A stretch of DNA of 64,000 bases from an uncultured delta proteobacterium (lineage in GTDB: Bacteria; Desulfobacterota; Desulfuromonadia; Desulfuromonadales; BM103). The notes beneath the pieces were generated by a model, which did no database searches, was not told where the DNA came from, and worked only from the letters and a program-made list of their open reading frames with translations. The DNA lies in contig CAVQRZ010000025.1 in NCBI GenBank assembly GCA_963715335.1, positions 96,001 through 160,000 on the forward strand. Direction: 5' to 3'. A program made the position numbers and the translations under genes. Positions 9,760 to 20,085 of the stretch are shown piece by piece (the first letter of the stretch is position 1; each line of letters begins with the position of its first letter).

Positions 9760-12700
9760 ATGCAACACGCCAACTTCGTTCATCTGCACGTGCACACCCA
9801 ATACAGCCTGCTCGATGGTGCCATCCGAGTCGGCGATCTTGTCGAACGGGCCAAAGAATACCGCATGCCGGCCATGGCGATTACCGATCACGGCAACATG
9901 TTTGGCGCCCTGGAGTTCTACACCAAGGCCCATGCCGCAGGCGTAAAGCCGATCATCGGCTGTGAAGTTTATGTTGCCCCTGCTTCAAGGCATGACAAAT
10001 CCGGGGCATCCTCCTCCGGAGACGCGTCCGGACATTTGGTCCTCCTCTGCAAGAACCGCACGGGGTATCGCAACCTCTGTCGGCTGGTTTCCACCGCTTA
10101 CCAGGATGGTTTCTATTACCGGCCACGTATCGACTGGGACCTCTTGAGCGAGAACAATGAGGGGCTGATCGCTCTGACCGCCTGTCTGGGAGGGGAAATT
10201 CCCAGCCTGATTTGCCGTGGGCGGATGGATCATGCCCGGCAGCGGGCAGAAGAAATGTCCCGGGTCTTCGACAATAGCCGGCTCTATCTCGAACTCCAGG
10301 AGAATTATCTGCCGGAGCAGGAGGTCGCCAATAAAGGTCTGATTGAAATCGGCAAAGAGCTAGGTTTGCCTCTGGTGGCCACTAATGACTGCCATTACCT
10401 GACCAGAGACGATGCCTTTGCCCACGAGGTTTTACTCTGCATCCAGACCGGCAAAACACTGGACGACCCAAACAGGATGCGATTTGCCAACGAGGAGTTC
10501 TACGTTAAGACTCCCGACGAGATGGGGGAGCTTTTCAAGGCACTTCCCGAGGCGATCAGTAATTCTGTCGAGATCGCCGAACGGTGTAACCTGGAGCTGG
10601 ATGTCAGCGGTAAAAATTATCATTTCCCGACGCTGGCGCTTGGGGAAGGGCAAACTCCGAGTCAGGCTCTCGAGCAGCAGTCGTTTGCAGGCCTTGAACA
10701 GCGGATCATCGAAATTCGCAAGGTGCGCACAGATTTCTCAACAGATGATCACGCCGCGTATAAAGCCCGCCTCGAACAGGAACTGGCAATCATCAACCAG
10801 ATGGGATTCCCTGACTACTTCCTGATCGTCGCAGATTTCATAAACTGGGCAAAGAACCAAGACATCCCGGTTGGCCCCGGGCGTGGTAGCGCTGCCGGCA
10901 GCCTGGTCGCATATGCCCTGAGAATTACTGACATCGATCCCAAACCCTACCATCTTCTTTTTGAACGTTTCCTGAACCCGGAACGTATCTCCATGCCGGA
11001 TATTGACGTCGATTTCTGTATCAACGGTCGTGAGGATGTCATCAATTACGTGCGGGACAAGTACGGCAAGGAAAATGTCGCCCAGATCATTACCTTCGGT
11101 TCGATGATGGCCCGCGCGGTGATCCGCGATGTAGGCCGCGGCATGGGAATGCCATATGGTGAGGTGGACACGATTGCCAAGCTGATCCCCAACCCGGCGG
11201 GCAAGAAAGTAACCCTCATGGATGCGCAGAAGCAGGAGCCGCGCCTGCGAGAACTGATCGAAAAAGATCCCAGAATCAAGAAACTGTTTAAAGTGGCCCT
11301 GTCGCTGGAGGGACTCACCCGCCACGCGTCGACCCACGCTGCGGGGGTCGTGGTTACCCCGGAGCCCCTGACCAATTACTTGCCGCTCTACGTTGATCCC
11401 AAATCACACGGCCAGGTCACCCAGTACGACATGGGGTACGTAGAGAAAATCGGTCTGGTCAAGTTCGATTTCCTCGGTTTGAAAACCCTGACGGTTATTG
11501 ACAAGACGGTCAAACTGATCAAGACGAAAACTCCAGAATTTGACCTCGGACTGATTCCCCAGGATGATGCAGAAACCTTCCAGTTGCTGAGCCGTGGTGA
11601 GACCACGGGTGTCTTCCAGCTCGAATCTTCAGGGATGAAGGAATACCTGATCAAGCTCAAGCCGTCCTGTTTCGAAGACCTGATCGCCATGGTCGCTCTC
11701 TACCGTCCGGGCCCGCTTGGCTCCGGGATGGTTGATTCATTTATCAAACGTAAGCACGGCGTCGAGGAGTTCAAGTACGATTTCCAGCAGTTGGAACCGA
11801 TCCTCAAGGACACCTACGGTGTTATTGTCTATCAGGAACAGGTCATGCAAATCGCCCAGGTCCTCGGTAACTACAGTCTGGGGGGTGCTGATTTGCTGCG
11901 CCGGGCAATGGGCAAGAAAAAGCCCGAGGAGATGGCCGAGCAAAAGCAGATTTTCCTTAGTGGCGCCAAAGAGAACAGGCTGGAGACGAAGAAAGCCGAA
12001 ACTGTTTTCGACCAGATGGAGAAATTCGCCGAGTACGGCTTCAATAAATCCCACTCCGCAGCTTACGCCTATATCGCCTACCAGACCGCTTACCTGAAGG
12101 CCCATTACCCGGTGGAATTCATGGCGGCATTGTTGACCGAGGATATGGAGAATACCGAAAAGGTCATCAAGAATATTAATGAAATCAGGAACATGGGGAT
12201 TGCCATCCTACCTCCTGATATCAATGCCTCACGCAGGAATTTCACTGTACATGAAAAAGATATCCGTTTTGGCCTCGGCGCAGTCAAGGGGGTCGGTGGT
12301 GCCGCCGTAGAAGCGATCGTTGAAGCGCGAGAAGCAGGGCCGTTCGGCTCTTTGCACGATTTCTGCGAGCGGGTCGATTTGCGCCGCGTCAACAAGCGGG
12401 TCGTCGAAGCGCTGGTCAAGTGCGGCGCCTTCGATTCGTTGCAGCACAAACGTGCCCAGTTCATGGCCGCCCTGGAAGAAGCTATGGAACACGGCCAGAA
12501 AATCCAGCGTGAGAAGGAGTCTGGCCAGGAGTCCCTGTTCGGTGCGGACCAGATCGTCACCCAGAGTGGACAGATGTACGGCCAGTTGCCGGATATTGAG
12601 GAATGGCCGGAAAATGTCCTGCTGTCAAATGAAAAGGAAGCGATCGGGTTTTACATTACCGGTCATCCACTGGCACGGCACAGTGATGCCATCAAGCGTT

Positions 12701-13242
12701 TCAGCACCTGTGACACAGCAGGGCTGACAGAGCGTGCCGATAAAGAGGAAGTCAGTGTCTGCGGAATCGTGACCGGGATCAAACTGCTCAATACCCGCAA
12801 GGGCGACCGCATGGCATTCGTGACTCTTGAAGATCTCAGCGGTTTTGTTGAAATGGTGGTTTTTCCCGAGACATACACTGAATCGGCTGAGCTTTTGAAC
12901 AGCGAGGAAGCTTTGCTGGTCAAGGGAACCGTGGACATCGGCGAGGATGCCTGCAAGATCCTGGTCAATGAAGTTCTCTCCCTCAAGGATGTGCAGGAAC
13001 GTCTGACCAGGATGATTCATTTCCGTCTAACGACTCCTGGTCTCGAGGAGCGGCAACTTTGCTCACTTAAGGATATTATGCTGCGCTACCATGGTGATTG
13101 CGAGGCCCTGATTCACCTCGTCGTGCCCAATCGCAGCGAAACCGTGATATCATTACCCGAGGACCTGCGCCTGCAGGCTAGTGATCAAATGATGGATGAC
13201 GTTGAGAAGTTGTTCGGTTATAATGTCGTCACTTTCGAATAG
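9760..13242 (+). CDS. dnaE: DNA polymerase III alpha subunit
   Basis: PHP HLHVHTQYSLLDG, GPGRGSAAGS, MPDIDVDF, KFDFLGL, YGFNKSHS, C-terminal OB fold; no intein-sized insertion. Confidence 0.98.
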   Translation: MQHANFVHLHVHTQYSLLDGAIRVGDLVERAKEYRMPAMAITDHGNMFGALEFYTKAHAAGVKPIIGCEVYVAPASRHDKSGASSSGDASGHLVLLCKNRTGYRNLCRLVSTAYQDGFYYRPRIDWDLLSENNEGLIALTACLGGEIPSLICRGRMDHARQRAEEMSRVFDNSRLYLELQENYLPEQEVANKGLIEIGKELGLPLVATNDCHYLTRDDAFAHEVLLCIQTGKTLDDPNRMRFANEEFYVKTPDEMGELFKALPEAISNSVEIAERCNLELDVSGKNYHFPTLALGEGQTPSQALEQQSFAGLEQRIIEIRKVRTDFSTDDHAAYKARLEQELAIINQMGFPDYFLIVADFINWAKNQDIPVGPGRGSAAGSLVAYALRITDIDPKPYHLLFERFLNPERISMPDIDVDFCINGREDVINYVRDKYGKENVAQIITFGSMMARAVIRDVGRGMGMPYGEVDTIAKLIPNPAGKKVTLMDAQKQEPRLRELIEKDPRIKKLFKVALSLEGLTRHASTHAAGVVVTPEPLTNYLPLYVDPKSHGQVTQYDMGYVEKIGLVKFDFLGLKTLTVIDKTVKLIKTKTPEFDLGLIPQDDAETFQLLSRGETTGVFQLESSGMKEYLIKLKPSCFEDLIAMVALYRPGPLGSGMVDSFIKRKHGVEEFKYDFQQLEPILKDTYGVIVYQEQVMQIAQVLGNYSLGGADLLRRAMGKKKPEEMAEQKQIFLSGAKENRLETKKAETVFDQMEKFAEYGFNKSHSAAYAYIAYQTAYLKAHYPVEFMAALLTEDMENTEKVIKNINEIRNMGIAILPPDINASRRNFTVHEKDIRFGLGAVKGVGGAAVEAIVEAREAGPFGSLHDFCERVDLRRVNKRVVEALVKCGAFDSLQHKRAQFMAALEEAMEHGQKIQREKESGQESLFGADQIVTQSGQMYGQLPDIEEWPENVLLSNEKEAIGFYITGHPLARHSDAIKRFSTCDTAGLTERADKEEVSVCGIVTGIKLLNTRKGDRMAFVTLEDLSGFVEMVVFPETYTESAELLNSEEALLVKGTVDIGEDACKILVNEVLSLKDVQERLTRMIHFRLTTPGLEERQLCSLKDIMLRYHGDCEALIHLVVPNRSETVISLPEDLRLQASDQMMDDVEKLFGYNVVTFE

Positions 13243-13289
13243 GGATGACCACTTTACCCGGTCGCCGATGAACTGACAGGAGCCTGCAC

Positions 13290-14243
13290 ATGCAGTTTTT
13301 TCTAGATTTTGAAAAACCTATCGTCGAACTCGAACAAAAGATCAAGGAGCTGCGGGACTACTCAACAGGCAAAGTCGACTTCTCCACAGATATCAAAAAA
13401 TTGGAGAAGAAAGCTGACAAGTTACGTGAGGAGATTTTCTCCAACCTGACCCGCTGGCAGCGGACTCAACTGGCCCGGCATCAGAACCGTCCATACACCC
13501 TTGATTACATCAAGCACATCTTTACCGACTGGTTTGAAGTGCATGGCGACCGCAACTACCGGGATGATCCGGCGCTGATCTGCGGTTTCGCTCGGCTGGA
13601 TGGCGAACCTTGCGTGGTCATAGGGCATCAGAAAGGACGTGATACCAAGGAAAAGGTCTACCGGAACTTCGGCATGCCCAACCCGGAAGGTTACCGCAAA
13701 GCGTTGCGGGTCATGCAGATGGCCGAACAGTTCGGGCTGCCGATCTTTACCTTCGTCGACACCCCCGGAGCCTTCCCGGGAATCGGAGCAGAGGAACGCG
13801 GCCAGGCCGAGGCGATTGCACGAAATCTGCGGGAGATGGCGGCCCTGGCCGTACCGATCATTGTCACGGTGACCGGTGAGGGCGGCTCGGGGGGGGCCTT
13901 GGCTATCGCTGTCGGCAACAAGGTCATCATGATGCAGTACTCGGTTTACGCGGTTATCTCTCCGGAGGGGTGTGCTGCGATCCTGTGGAGCGACGGGACC
14001 CGCGGTCCCGAAGCCGCCGAGGCTCTCAAGCTGACTGCCATGGACATCGATTCGCTGGGTATGATTATTGATGACATCATCCCCGAACCGGTTGGTGGTG
14101 CGCACAACAACCATGTCGCCGCTGCCGAGACGGTAAAGGCATGTCTCAAGAAGCATCTGGCTGAACTGAAGGAGCTTTCTGCCGAGGAATTGGTTGAGCA
14201 ACGTTACCAGAAATTCCGGGCCATGACTGTGGTGGAAGAGTAA
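13290..14243 (+). CDS. accA: Acetyl-CoA carboxylase carboxyltransferase alpha
   Basis: [41 protein letters not shown]. Confidence 0.97.
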   Translation: MQFFLDFEKPIVELEQKIKELRDYSTGKVDFSTDIKKLEKKADKLREEIFSNLTRWQRTQLARHQNRPYTLDYIKHIFTDWFEVHGDRNYRDDPALICGFARLDGEPCVVIGHQKGRDTKEKVYRNFGMPNPEGYRKALRVMQMAEQFGLPIFTFVDTPGAFPGIGAEERGQAEAIARNLREMAALAVPIIVTVTGEGGSGGALAIAVGNKVIMMQYSVYAVISPEGCAAILWSDGTRGPEAAEALKLTAMDIDSLGMIIDDIIPEPVGGAHNNHVAAAETVKACLKKHLAELKELSAEELVEQRYQKFRAMTVVEE

Positions 14244-14324
14244 CGCGAAGCGCGAGGCGATAACGGATCTCAATCAAAGGGACGACTCTATTACTGAGCC
14301 TGTCCCTTTTCATTTCTGAAGGCT

Positions 14325-15236
14325 ATGATCAATACGGGTCAAATCGATGTTGTCGGGCTGGGCCAATGTTCTCTGGATATCCTGGGCAAGGTTGGCAACT
14401 ATCCCGGGTTGGACCAGAAAGCCGAATTGTCTGCACTGCTTGTGCAGGGCGGCGGACCGGTCGCGACGGCCCTGGTCACACTGGCTCGATTGGGGGTCTC
14501 TGTGGCGATGGTCGGTGCTGTGGGTGACGACGATTTTGGCCAACAGATCCGCGACGGGTTAGTCGCTGAAGGTGTTGACTGTACTTTTTTAACTGAAGAG
14601 CCGGGGTGCTGCAGCCAGGTGGCATTCATTGCGGTCGACGACGACGGGCATCGCAATATATTCTGGCATCGGGGCAATGCGGTTCCGGACGCTGCCGGTT
14701 TATACGAAACCCTGCTCTCCAGAAAAGTCAAGGTGCTGCATTTAGACGGATTACAGCTGATGCCGGCAATCACAGCGGCAGAGACCGCCCGTAGCCTGAA
14801 TGTTGTGACGGTCCTCGATGCCGGGACCCTGCGCCCCGGCATGGAACGTCTCTTGACAGCGGTCGATCACCTGGTTGTGAGTGAAAAGTTTGCCCGTCAA
14901 ATGATTGGGCGTCACGATCCGGAAGAGGCCTTAAGGGTTCTGGCCGGGCACGGTGCTGCCGGAGTTACCGTAACCTGCGGCGAATCGGGTAGCGTGAGTA
15001 CGGATTCCACTGGTTCAGTTTTTTATCAGCAGGCGTTCAAAATGGATGCCGTCGATACGACCGGTTGCGGCGACGTATTTCATGGTGGTTATATCTATGG
15101 CCTTATGCAAGAGTGGCAACTGCCGCAGACGGTCCGTTTTGCTACGGCCTGTGCTGCCTTGAAGACCCGTGCGCTCGGCGGCCGGACGGCAATTCCGGAT
15201 TTGCCCGAGGTCGAGGCCTTTTTGCAAAGCCGCTGA
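14325..15236 (+). CDS. PfkB family carbohydrate kinase
   Basis: GGGPVATALVTLARLG, GAVGDDDFG, VDTTGCGDVFHGG signature. Confidence 0.92.
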   Translation: MINTGQIDVVGLGQCSLDILGKVGNYPGLDQKAELSALLVQGGGPVATALVTLARLGVSVAMVGAVGDDDFGQQIRDGLVAEGVDCTFLTEEPGCCSQVAFIAVDDDGHRNIFWHRGNAVPDAAGLYETLLSRKVKVLHLDGLQLMPAITAAETARSLNVVTVLDAGTLRPGMERLLTAVDHLVVSEKFARQMIGRHDPEEALRVLAGHGAAGVTVTCGESGSVSTDSTGSVFYQQAFKMDAVDTTGCGDVFHGGYIYGLMQEWQLPQTVRFATACAALKTRALGGRTAIPDLPEVEAFLQSR

Positions 15237-15302
15237 GCCTGATCAGCAACTCAAGGTGATTCTGTTGACTTGTCTCCCGGCTTCATTTATCAATGCTTGC
15301 AT

Positions 15303-16067
15303 ATGAAACCAGTAACCTATCCAATTCTGCTTGCCTTGATTCTTTTGTTGACCGCCTGCGGGGCACCGAAACCGACCTACCGTGTCGAAGTTTTCGATAC
15401 ACCATCACGACCGAATCTCCACCCGACTCAAAAGCCCTATGCAGTCAACGGACAGCATTACCAGCCGATTCCAGATGCTGCCGGTTTCAACGAGGAGGGG
15501 ATTGCAAGCTGGTATGGCAAAGATTTTCACGGTCGAAAAACCAGTAACGGTGAAACTTACGACATGTACGCGATGACGGCGGCGCATAAAACCCTGCCGA
15601 TGAATGTTTATCTTCAGGTAACCAACTTGAGTAATGGCCAAACAGCTGTTGTGCGTGTCAATGACCGCGGGCCTTTTGTCAGAAGCCGAATTATTGACCT
15701 GTCATACTCTGCCGCAAACCAGCTTGGGGTCGTTGGGCCCGGGACTGCGCCTGTACGCATCGAAGCCCTCGGTTACCAGGACTCGGCCAACACAGGGGAA
15801 GCCGCCAGCTATCGACAACCCGACAGCTATGATGTCGGACCATTCATGATCCAGATCGGGGCGTTTACGGTCAAGGACAATGCCTATCGCCTGAAGGAAA
15901 AGCTGAAAGAGCAGTATGGCGATTCCACAGTTGTTGAAGCCTGGGTGGACGGGCAGAAATTCTACCGGGTTCGTGTCGGCCTTTACGATAATATGGCACT
16001 TGCGGCGGAGGCTCTTCTGCATATCGAAGCCAATGGCTTCCCCAGCAGTTTTATCGTTGCCAGGTAA
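15303..16067 (+). CDS. rlpA: RlpA-family septal lytic transglycosylase lipoprotein with SPOR domain
   Basis: Lipobox LTAC, GIASWYG, TAAHKTLP, VRVNDRGPF, IIDLSY, C-terminal SPOR (IQIGAF..YRVRVG). Confidence 0.92.
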   Translation: MKPVTYPILLALILLLTACGAPKPTYRVEVFDTPSRPNLHPTQKPYAVNGQHYQPIPDAAGFNEEGIASWYGKDFHGRKTSNGETYDMYAMTAAHKTLPMNVYLQVTNLSNGQTAVVRVNDRGPFVRSRIIDLSYSAANQLGVVGPGTAPVRIEALGYQDSANTGEAASYRQPDSYDVGPFMIQIGAFTVKDNAYRLKEKLKEQYGDSTVVEAWVDGQKFYRVRVGLYDNMALAAEALLHIEANGFPSSFIVAR

Positions 16068-16123
16068 AGATCATCACTTAAACCTGCCTTTGCTCAGTGG
16101 CAGATCATTTCGGGTTATCAGTC

Positions 16124-16459
16124 ATGAATAAGAAAAAATCAGTTTTTCGTATATTTTTCAGCAGCCAGGGTAAAGGTTATGAAATCTATGCCCGCAAGGT
16201 CAACCAAAGCGATATCTACGGTTTTGTAGAAATTGAGGAGATCGTCTTCGGGGAAAAATCAGCTATTGTGCTCGACCCCAACGAAGAGGCCCTGAAAAAC
16301 GAGTTCGCCAGCGTCAAGCGTCTCATGATTCCGTACCATTCGATCAGCCGTATTGACGAAGTTGAAAAAGAGGGGCAGGCCAAGGTCATTGCCCTGGCGA
16401 CTCCTGCTTCTGGCGAATCCCCTGTGTTGCCGATCCCACCCGTTAATCGAAGGGGTTAA
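16124..16459 (+). CDS. DUF1820 family protein
   Basis: FRIFF..GKGYEIYA..GFVEIEEIVFGE..DPNEE.LKNEF..V.R..IP..RIDEV pattern. Confidence 0.75.
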   Translation: MNKKKSVFRIFFSSQGKGYEIYARKVNQSDIYGFVEIEEIVFGEKSAIVLDPNEEALKNEFASVKRLMIPYHSISRIDEVEKEGQAKVIALATPASGESPVLPIPPVNRRG

Positions 16460-16561
16460 CAGGTTTAACTTGGGGCCAGTGTCGATGTCTGCAAAAGCGC
16501 TGGCCTGGCGAATTGTGGCAGTTTTGCCGGCCAGGCTGTGATTTTTATCGAAGGTGCGGTA

Positions 16562-18025
16562 ATGGATATACCTTCAGAACAAAGAATCAAACAAATTCTC
16601 CTTTCTTCTCCCGCAATTATCTACACTTGTCGTGTCGATGGCGGTTGTGAGCTGACCTTTGTCAGCGAAAATATTTTACGTCATTTCGGTTATACTGCGG
16701 AGGAATGTCTCCACAACAGGAACTTCTGGCGCGAAATCATCCATCCTGATGATCATGCTCACGTTATAACTGGCCGTGAGAGGTTTTTTCCAACCGGTCA
16801 TGAATTTCGTGAATATCGTTTGCTCAAGAAAGATGGCAGCTACCTCTGGGTCCACGACGAGATGCGTCTGATCCGTGATGACAAGGGTGCCCCTGTCGAG
16901 ATAGTCGGATCCTGGCTTGACATCACCGATCGCAAGAGGGCCGAAGATGCTCTCCGCAGCAGCGAAAAAATATTCCGGGAATTTTTCCTGACCAACCCTG
17001 TCGCAACCATCATCACGAGCCTGGAAGGCCTGGTCCAAATGGTTAATCCTGCCTTTATTGAAGCCTCAGGATACCGCGCGGACGAGGTCGTCGGGCGTTC
17101 GTCTATGGAGCTCGGGTTCTGGCAGAATCCTGAAGATCGGGAACGTATGGTTTCGGCAGTCAGGCAGCACGGTTACATCGATAAAATGGAAGCTGATTTC
17201 TGCTGCAAGGGCGACAAGCATATGACTTGCCTTGTCTCGAGCAGGGCCGTCGAATATGCAGGAAATCTGAGAATCCTGAGCATTCTTATTGATGTCACTG
17301 AACAACGAGCAGCTGAAGCCGCCATGCAGAAGCTTGACAAGGCCAAAAGCGATTTCATCTCGACGGCGGCCCATGAACTACGGACGCCCCTGATTGCGAT
17401 TGTCGGGTATTGCGAACTCCTGGAAAATGCTGCATCGATGGGGTTCACCGATAACCAGAAAGAAAGTTACCTGTCAATTGTACAAAGTAACGCGGAGATT
17501 CTGAATCGACTCATCGATGATCTGCTCGACATCGGTCGTATTCAGATCGGACGCTCCATCGGGGTTTTGCCGAAAGAAAATAATCTGCGCGAAATCGTTG
17601 ACAAGGCCATTGCCTCATTCAGAGTGAAAACCGGTCGCCATGAAATTGTCCTTGAGTGCAGTTCTGGCTTGCCGCAGATAGTCTGGCTCGACGCTGGTCG
17701 TATCGCCCAGGTACTGCATAACCTTCTGGGCAACGCGATCAAATATTCGCCTGAAGGGGGCATCGTCAAGGTGCGGCTGTCGGGTGACACGGACAGGATT
17801 TCCGTGTCAATTGTCGACCGTGGAATCGGTATGACTGCTGAACAGGTTGGGCAGATGTTTGAACGTTTCTATCGAGTCGATCCCGATAGCCTTGCAACAA
17901 CAGGGCTGGGGTTGGGTATGAGTATCGTCAAGCAGATCATTGATGACCATGGCGGCGATATTTCCGTCTCCAGCCAGCCTGGTGAAGGGACAACCGTGAC
18001 ATTTGAACTACCGGTAAAAGCGTAA
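16562..18025 (+). CDS. Cytoplasmic PAS-PAS sensor histidine kinase
   Basis: Two PAS/PAC domains (IHPDD..EYRL..DGSYLWV), H-box AHELRTPL, NLLGNAIKY, DRGIG, GLGLG; no TM segment. Confidence 0.93.
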   Translation: MDIPSEQRIKQILLSSPAIIYTCRVDGGCELTFVSENILRHFGYTAEECLHNRNFWREIIHPDDHAHVITGRERFFPTGHEFREYRLLKKDGSYLWVHDEMRLIRDDKGAPVEIVGSWLDITDRKRAEDALRSSEKIFREFFLTNPVATIITSLEGLVQMVNPAFIEASGYRADEVVGRSSMELGFWQNPEDRERMVSAVRQHGYIDKMEADFCCKGDKHMTCLVSSRAVEYAGNLRILSILIDVTEQRAAEAAMQKLDKAKSDFISTAAHELRTPLIAIVGYCELLENAASMGFTDNQKESYLSIVQSNAEILNRLIDDLLDIGRIQIGRSIGVLPKENNLREIVDKAIASFRVKTGRHEIVLECSSGLPQIVWLDAGRIAQVLHNLLGNAIKYSPEGGIVKVRLSGDTDRISVSIVDRGIGMTAEQVGQMFERFYRVDPDSLATTGLGLGMSIVKQIIDDHGGDISVSSQPGEGTTVTFELPVKA

Positions 18026-18028
18026 AGG

Positions 18029-18826
18029 TTAACCCATGCCACGCTTTTTAAGCTCGTCCTGGACGAGCTTTTTTTGTGCCGGGTTGAGACGTTTCGAGAC
18101 GAGCAGGTTGCGCACATCAGGGCTGCGCATCTGGGGCAGAAAGAGTGTAAACCAGATTGAAGGTGTCCTGCGGTTTTTCAGAATGGCAAGTCTCAGGTTG
18201 GGGCGCAATCTCCACTTCGGGTGTCTGGCTATGCTCGATATCGTCTCCGCCGATGAATGCGCTCCGTTGATAAATTGCAGAATCGCCACCTCGCGCAGGC
18301 GCGGGCTGTCCAGGCAGATCTGCACAAGTCGCGCTTCTCCCCCCTTGAGGATTTCACCGACAACCGTAGCTGTTGCCCGACGCGCGATCGTCATCTTGTT
18401 GCCAAGTTCGGTGGTCGGCAGCCTCTGTAGAATGGCCCGCTCCGCGGCGAATTTCTGGTCCGGTGTGACACCGGGGATCATACAGAGATCGACAAGCTCA
18501 AAAAGATGCAGGTGTGACAGCAGGGCGAGTACGATCGAGCCCGGAGTGTTGGGGTTTTTGACCAGGGCGATTTTTAACCGGTGACTGCTCTTGGCGGCTT
18601 CGAGCTGGTAGATGACCTTGAGCAGATCTTCGTCAAGATCACGGCGTTTCAGCAGGGCGAGCAGGTGATCCTCGTTCAGATGGGGATTCTTTAGCGCCGT
18701 CCGGGCAATCTGCATGTCCGGGTCGAGCAGGACCTGGAATAACTCGTCGCCGGTTGCAGTAAGTGCCCTGTGCAGCCGTTTGCCGATTTCGGCCTCAATT
18801 CGTCTGGGTCGCGGTGTTTCAGCCAT
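18029..18826 (-). CDS. Hypothetical alpha-solenoid protein with LRV-like repeats
   Basis: Repeated helical units ARTALKNPHL, KIALVKNPNTP, RLAILKNRRTP; 30 nt downstream of tgt paralog on the same strand. Confidence 0.75.
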   Translation of the reverse strand: MAETPRPRRIEAEIGKRLHRALTATGDELFQVLLDPDMQIARTALKNPHLNEDHLLALLKRRDLDEDLLKVIYQLEAAKSSHRLKIALVKNPNTPGSIVLALLSHLHLFELVDLCMIPGVTPDQKFAAERAILQRLPTTELGNKMTIARRATATVVGEILKGGEARLVQICLDSPRLREVAILQFINGAHSSAETISSIARHPKWRLRPNLRLAILKNRRTPSIWFTLFLPQMRSPDVRNLLVSKRLNPAQKKLVQDELKKRGMG

Positions 18827-18856
18827 AAGTAATTATGCGGGCCGAGGAGCAGATCG

Positions 18857-19981
18857 TCAATGTCCGGGTTGACCGTCATCGCGTAAGTATTCGTCGAGGA
18901 ATGCGGCTTTGAAGCTGGTGAAGTCATTGCCTTCAATTGCAACGCGGGCCCCTGCGACCATATCGAGATAGAAGCGGACATTGTGAATTGCCGCGAGAGT
19001 CGCCGACAGGACTTCGTTGGCATTGAAGAGATGATGCAGATAGGCCCTGGTGAAGTTCGCACAGCAATAACAGGTGCATAACGGGTCAACCGGGAAAAAG
19101 TCGCGACGGTAACGCCGGTTGGTCAATCGGATTTTACCTCTCCGGGTAAAGAGGGTGGCACTGCGGGCATAACGGGTCGGAATGACACAGTCGAACATGT
19201 CCATGCCGCGCTCAATGCTTGCCATGATGTCCTCTGGCAGACCGACCCCCATCAGGTATCGTGGTTTGTCTTCCGGCAAGTAGGGCTCCGTGTGGTCGAC
19301 GACTTGCTTGAGCAGTTCCAGACCTTCACCGACACTGACTCCGCCAATTGCATAACCGGGGAAATCCATTGCCGTAAGTGCTCCGGCGCACTCGCGTCGC
19401 AAGTCGTCGTAAGTACTCCCCTGGACGATACCGAACAGTGCCTGGTCTTCTCGGTTATGAGCCTTTAGGCATTCTTCCGCCCAGCGCAGGGTCTTTTTAA
19501 TGGACTTGTTCGAATAATCATGTGACGCCGGGTAGGGGATGCATTCATCAAAAGCCATGATAATATCAGCCCCCAGGAGATTTTGTATCCGGGTTGCTTC
19601 TCGCGGGCCGATAAAGACCCGGTCGCCGTTGATCTCATGTTTGAAAAAGACCCCTGTGTCTGTGATCTCTTTCTTGGGCAGGGAAAAGACCTGGAAGCCC
19701 CCGCTGTCGGTCAGGATCGGCTTGGGCCAGTGCATGAACCGGTGCAGACCACCCGCCTTTTCCACCAAGCCCTCGCCGGGTCTCAAGTGCAGGTGGTAGG
19801 TGTTGGAGAGTATGATCTGGGCCCCTGCATCGTCAACCTGTGCCGGGGTCATTGCCTTGAGGGCACCATGAGTCCCGACCGGCATGAAAATCGGTGTCTC
19901 GATAACCCCGTGCGGGGTCGTGACACGACCACGTCGGGCACGGGTTTTCTGGTCTTTGGCGAGCAATTCAAATCGTAACAT
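18857..19981 (-). CDS. tgt: tRNA-guanine(34) transglycosylase, second paralog
   Basis: [48 protein letters not shown], Zn site CTCYCC..H. Confidence 0.95.
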   Translation of the reverse strand: MLRFELLAKDQKTRARRGRVTTPHGVIETPIFMPVGTHGALKAMTPAQVDDAGAQIILSNTYHLHLRPGEGLVEKAGGLHRFMHWPKPILTDSGGFQVFSLPKKEITDTGVFFKHEINGDRVFIGPREATRIQNLLGADIIMAFDECIPYPASHDYSNKSIKKTLRWAEECLKAHNREDQALFGIVQGSTYDDLRRECAGALTAMDFPGYAIGGVSVGEGLELLKQVVDHTEPYLPEDKPRYLMGVGLPEDIMASIERGMDMFDCVIPTRYARSATLFTRRGKIRLTNRRYRRDFFPVDPLCTCYCCANFTRAYLHHLFNANEVLSATLAAIHNVRFYLDMVAGARVAIEGNDFTSFKAAFLDEYLRDDGQPGH

Positions 19982-20085
19982 AATTTCGTAGGCTTTAGCT
20001 GTCGCAGACGTTGCAGATATGGTGTATACCTGTTGATAATATGGCGGACTCTATCAGAATTGATGAAGGACTACAACAACCTGAA

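Noticed and set aside
9760..13242. Intein or split in dnaE
   Set aside because: Length (1160 aa) and motif spacing are normal, with no intein-like insertion
13422..14273. Long antisense ORFs (also 2922..3704, 7393..8172, 30597..31448, 49573..50331, 61435..62265 and others)
   Set aside because: They shadow well-conserved genes on the opposite strand, have no recognisable motifs, and are expected from codon bias in GC-rich DNA
20000..20023. WYL-type site upstream of the Cas6-like gene (TGTCGCA)
   Set aside because: Half-site only, and its spacing to the nearest -10 differs from the other candidate sites
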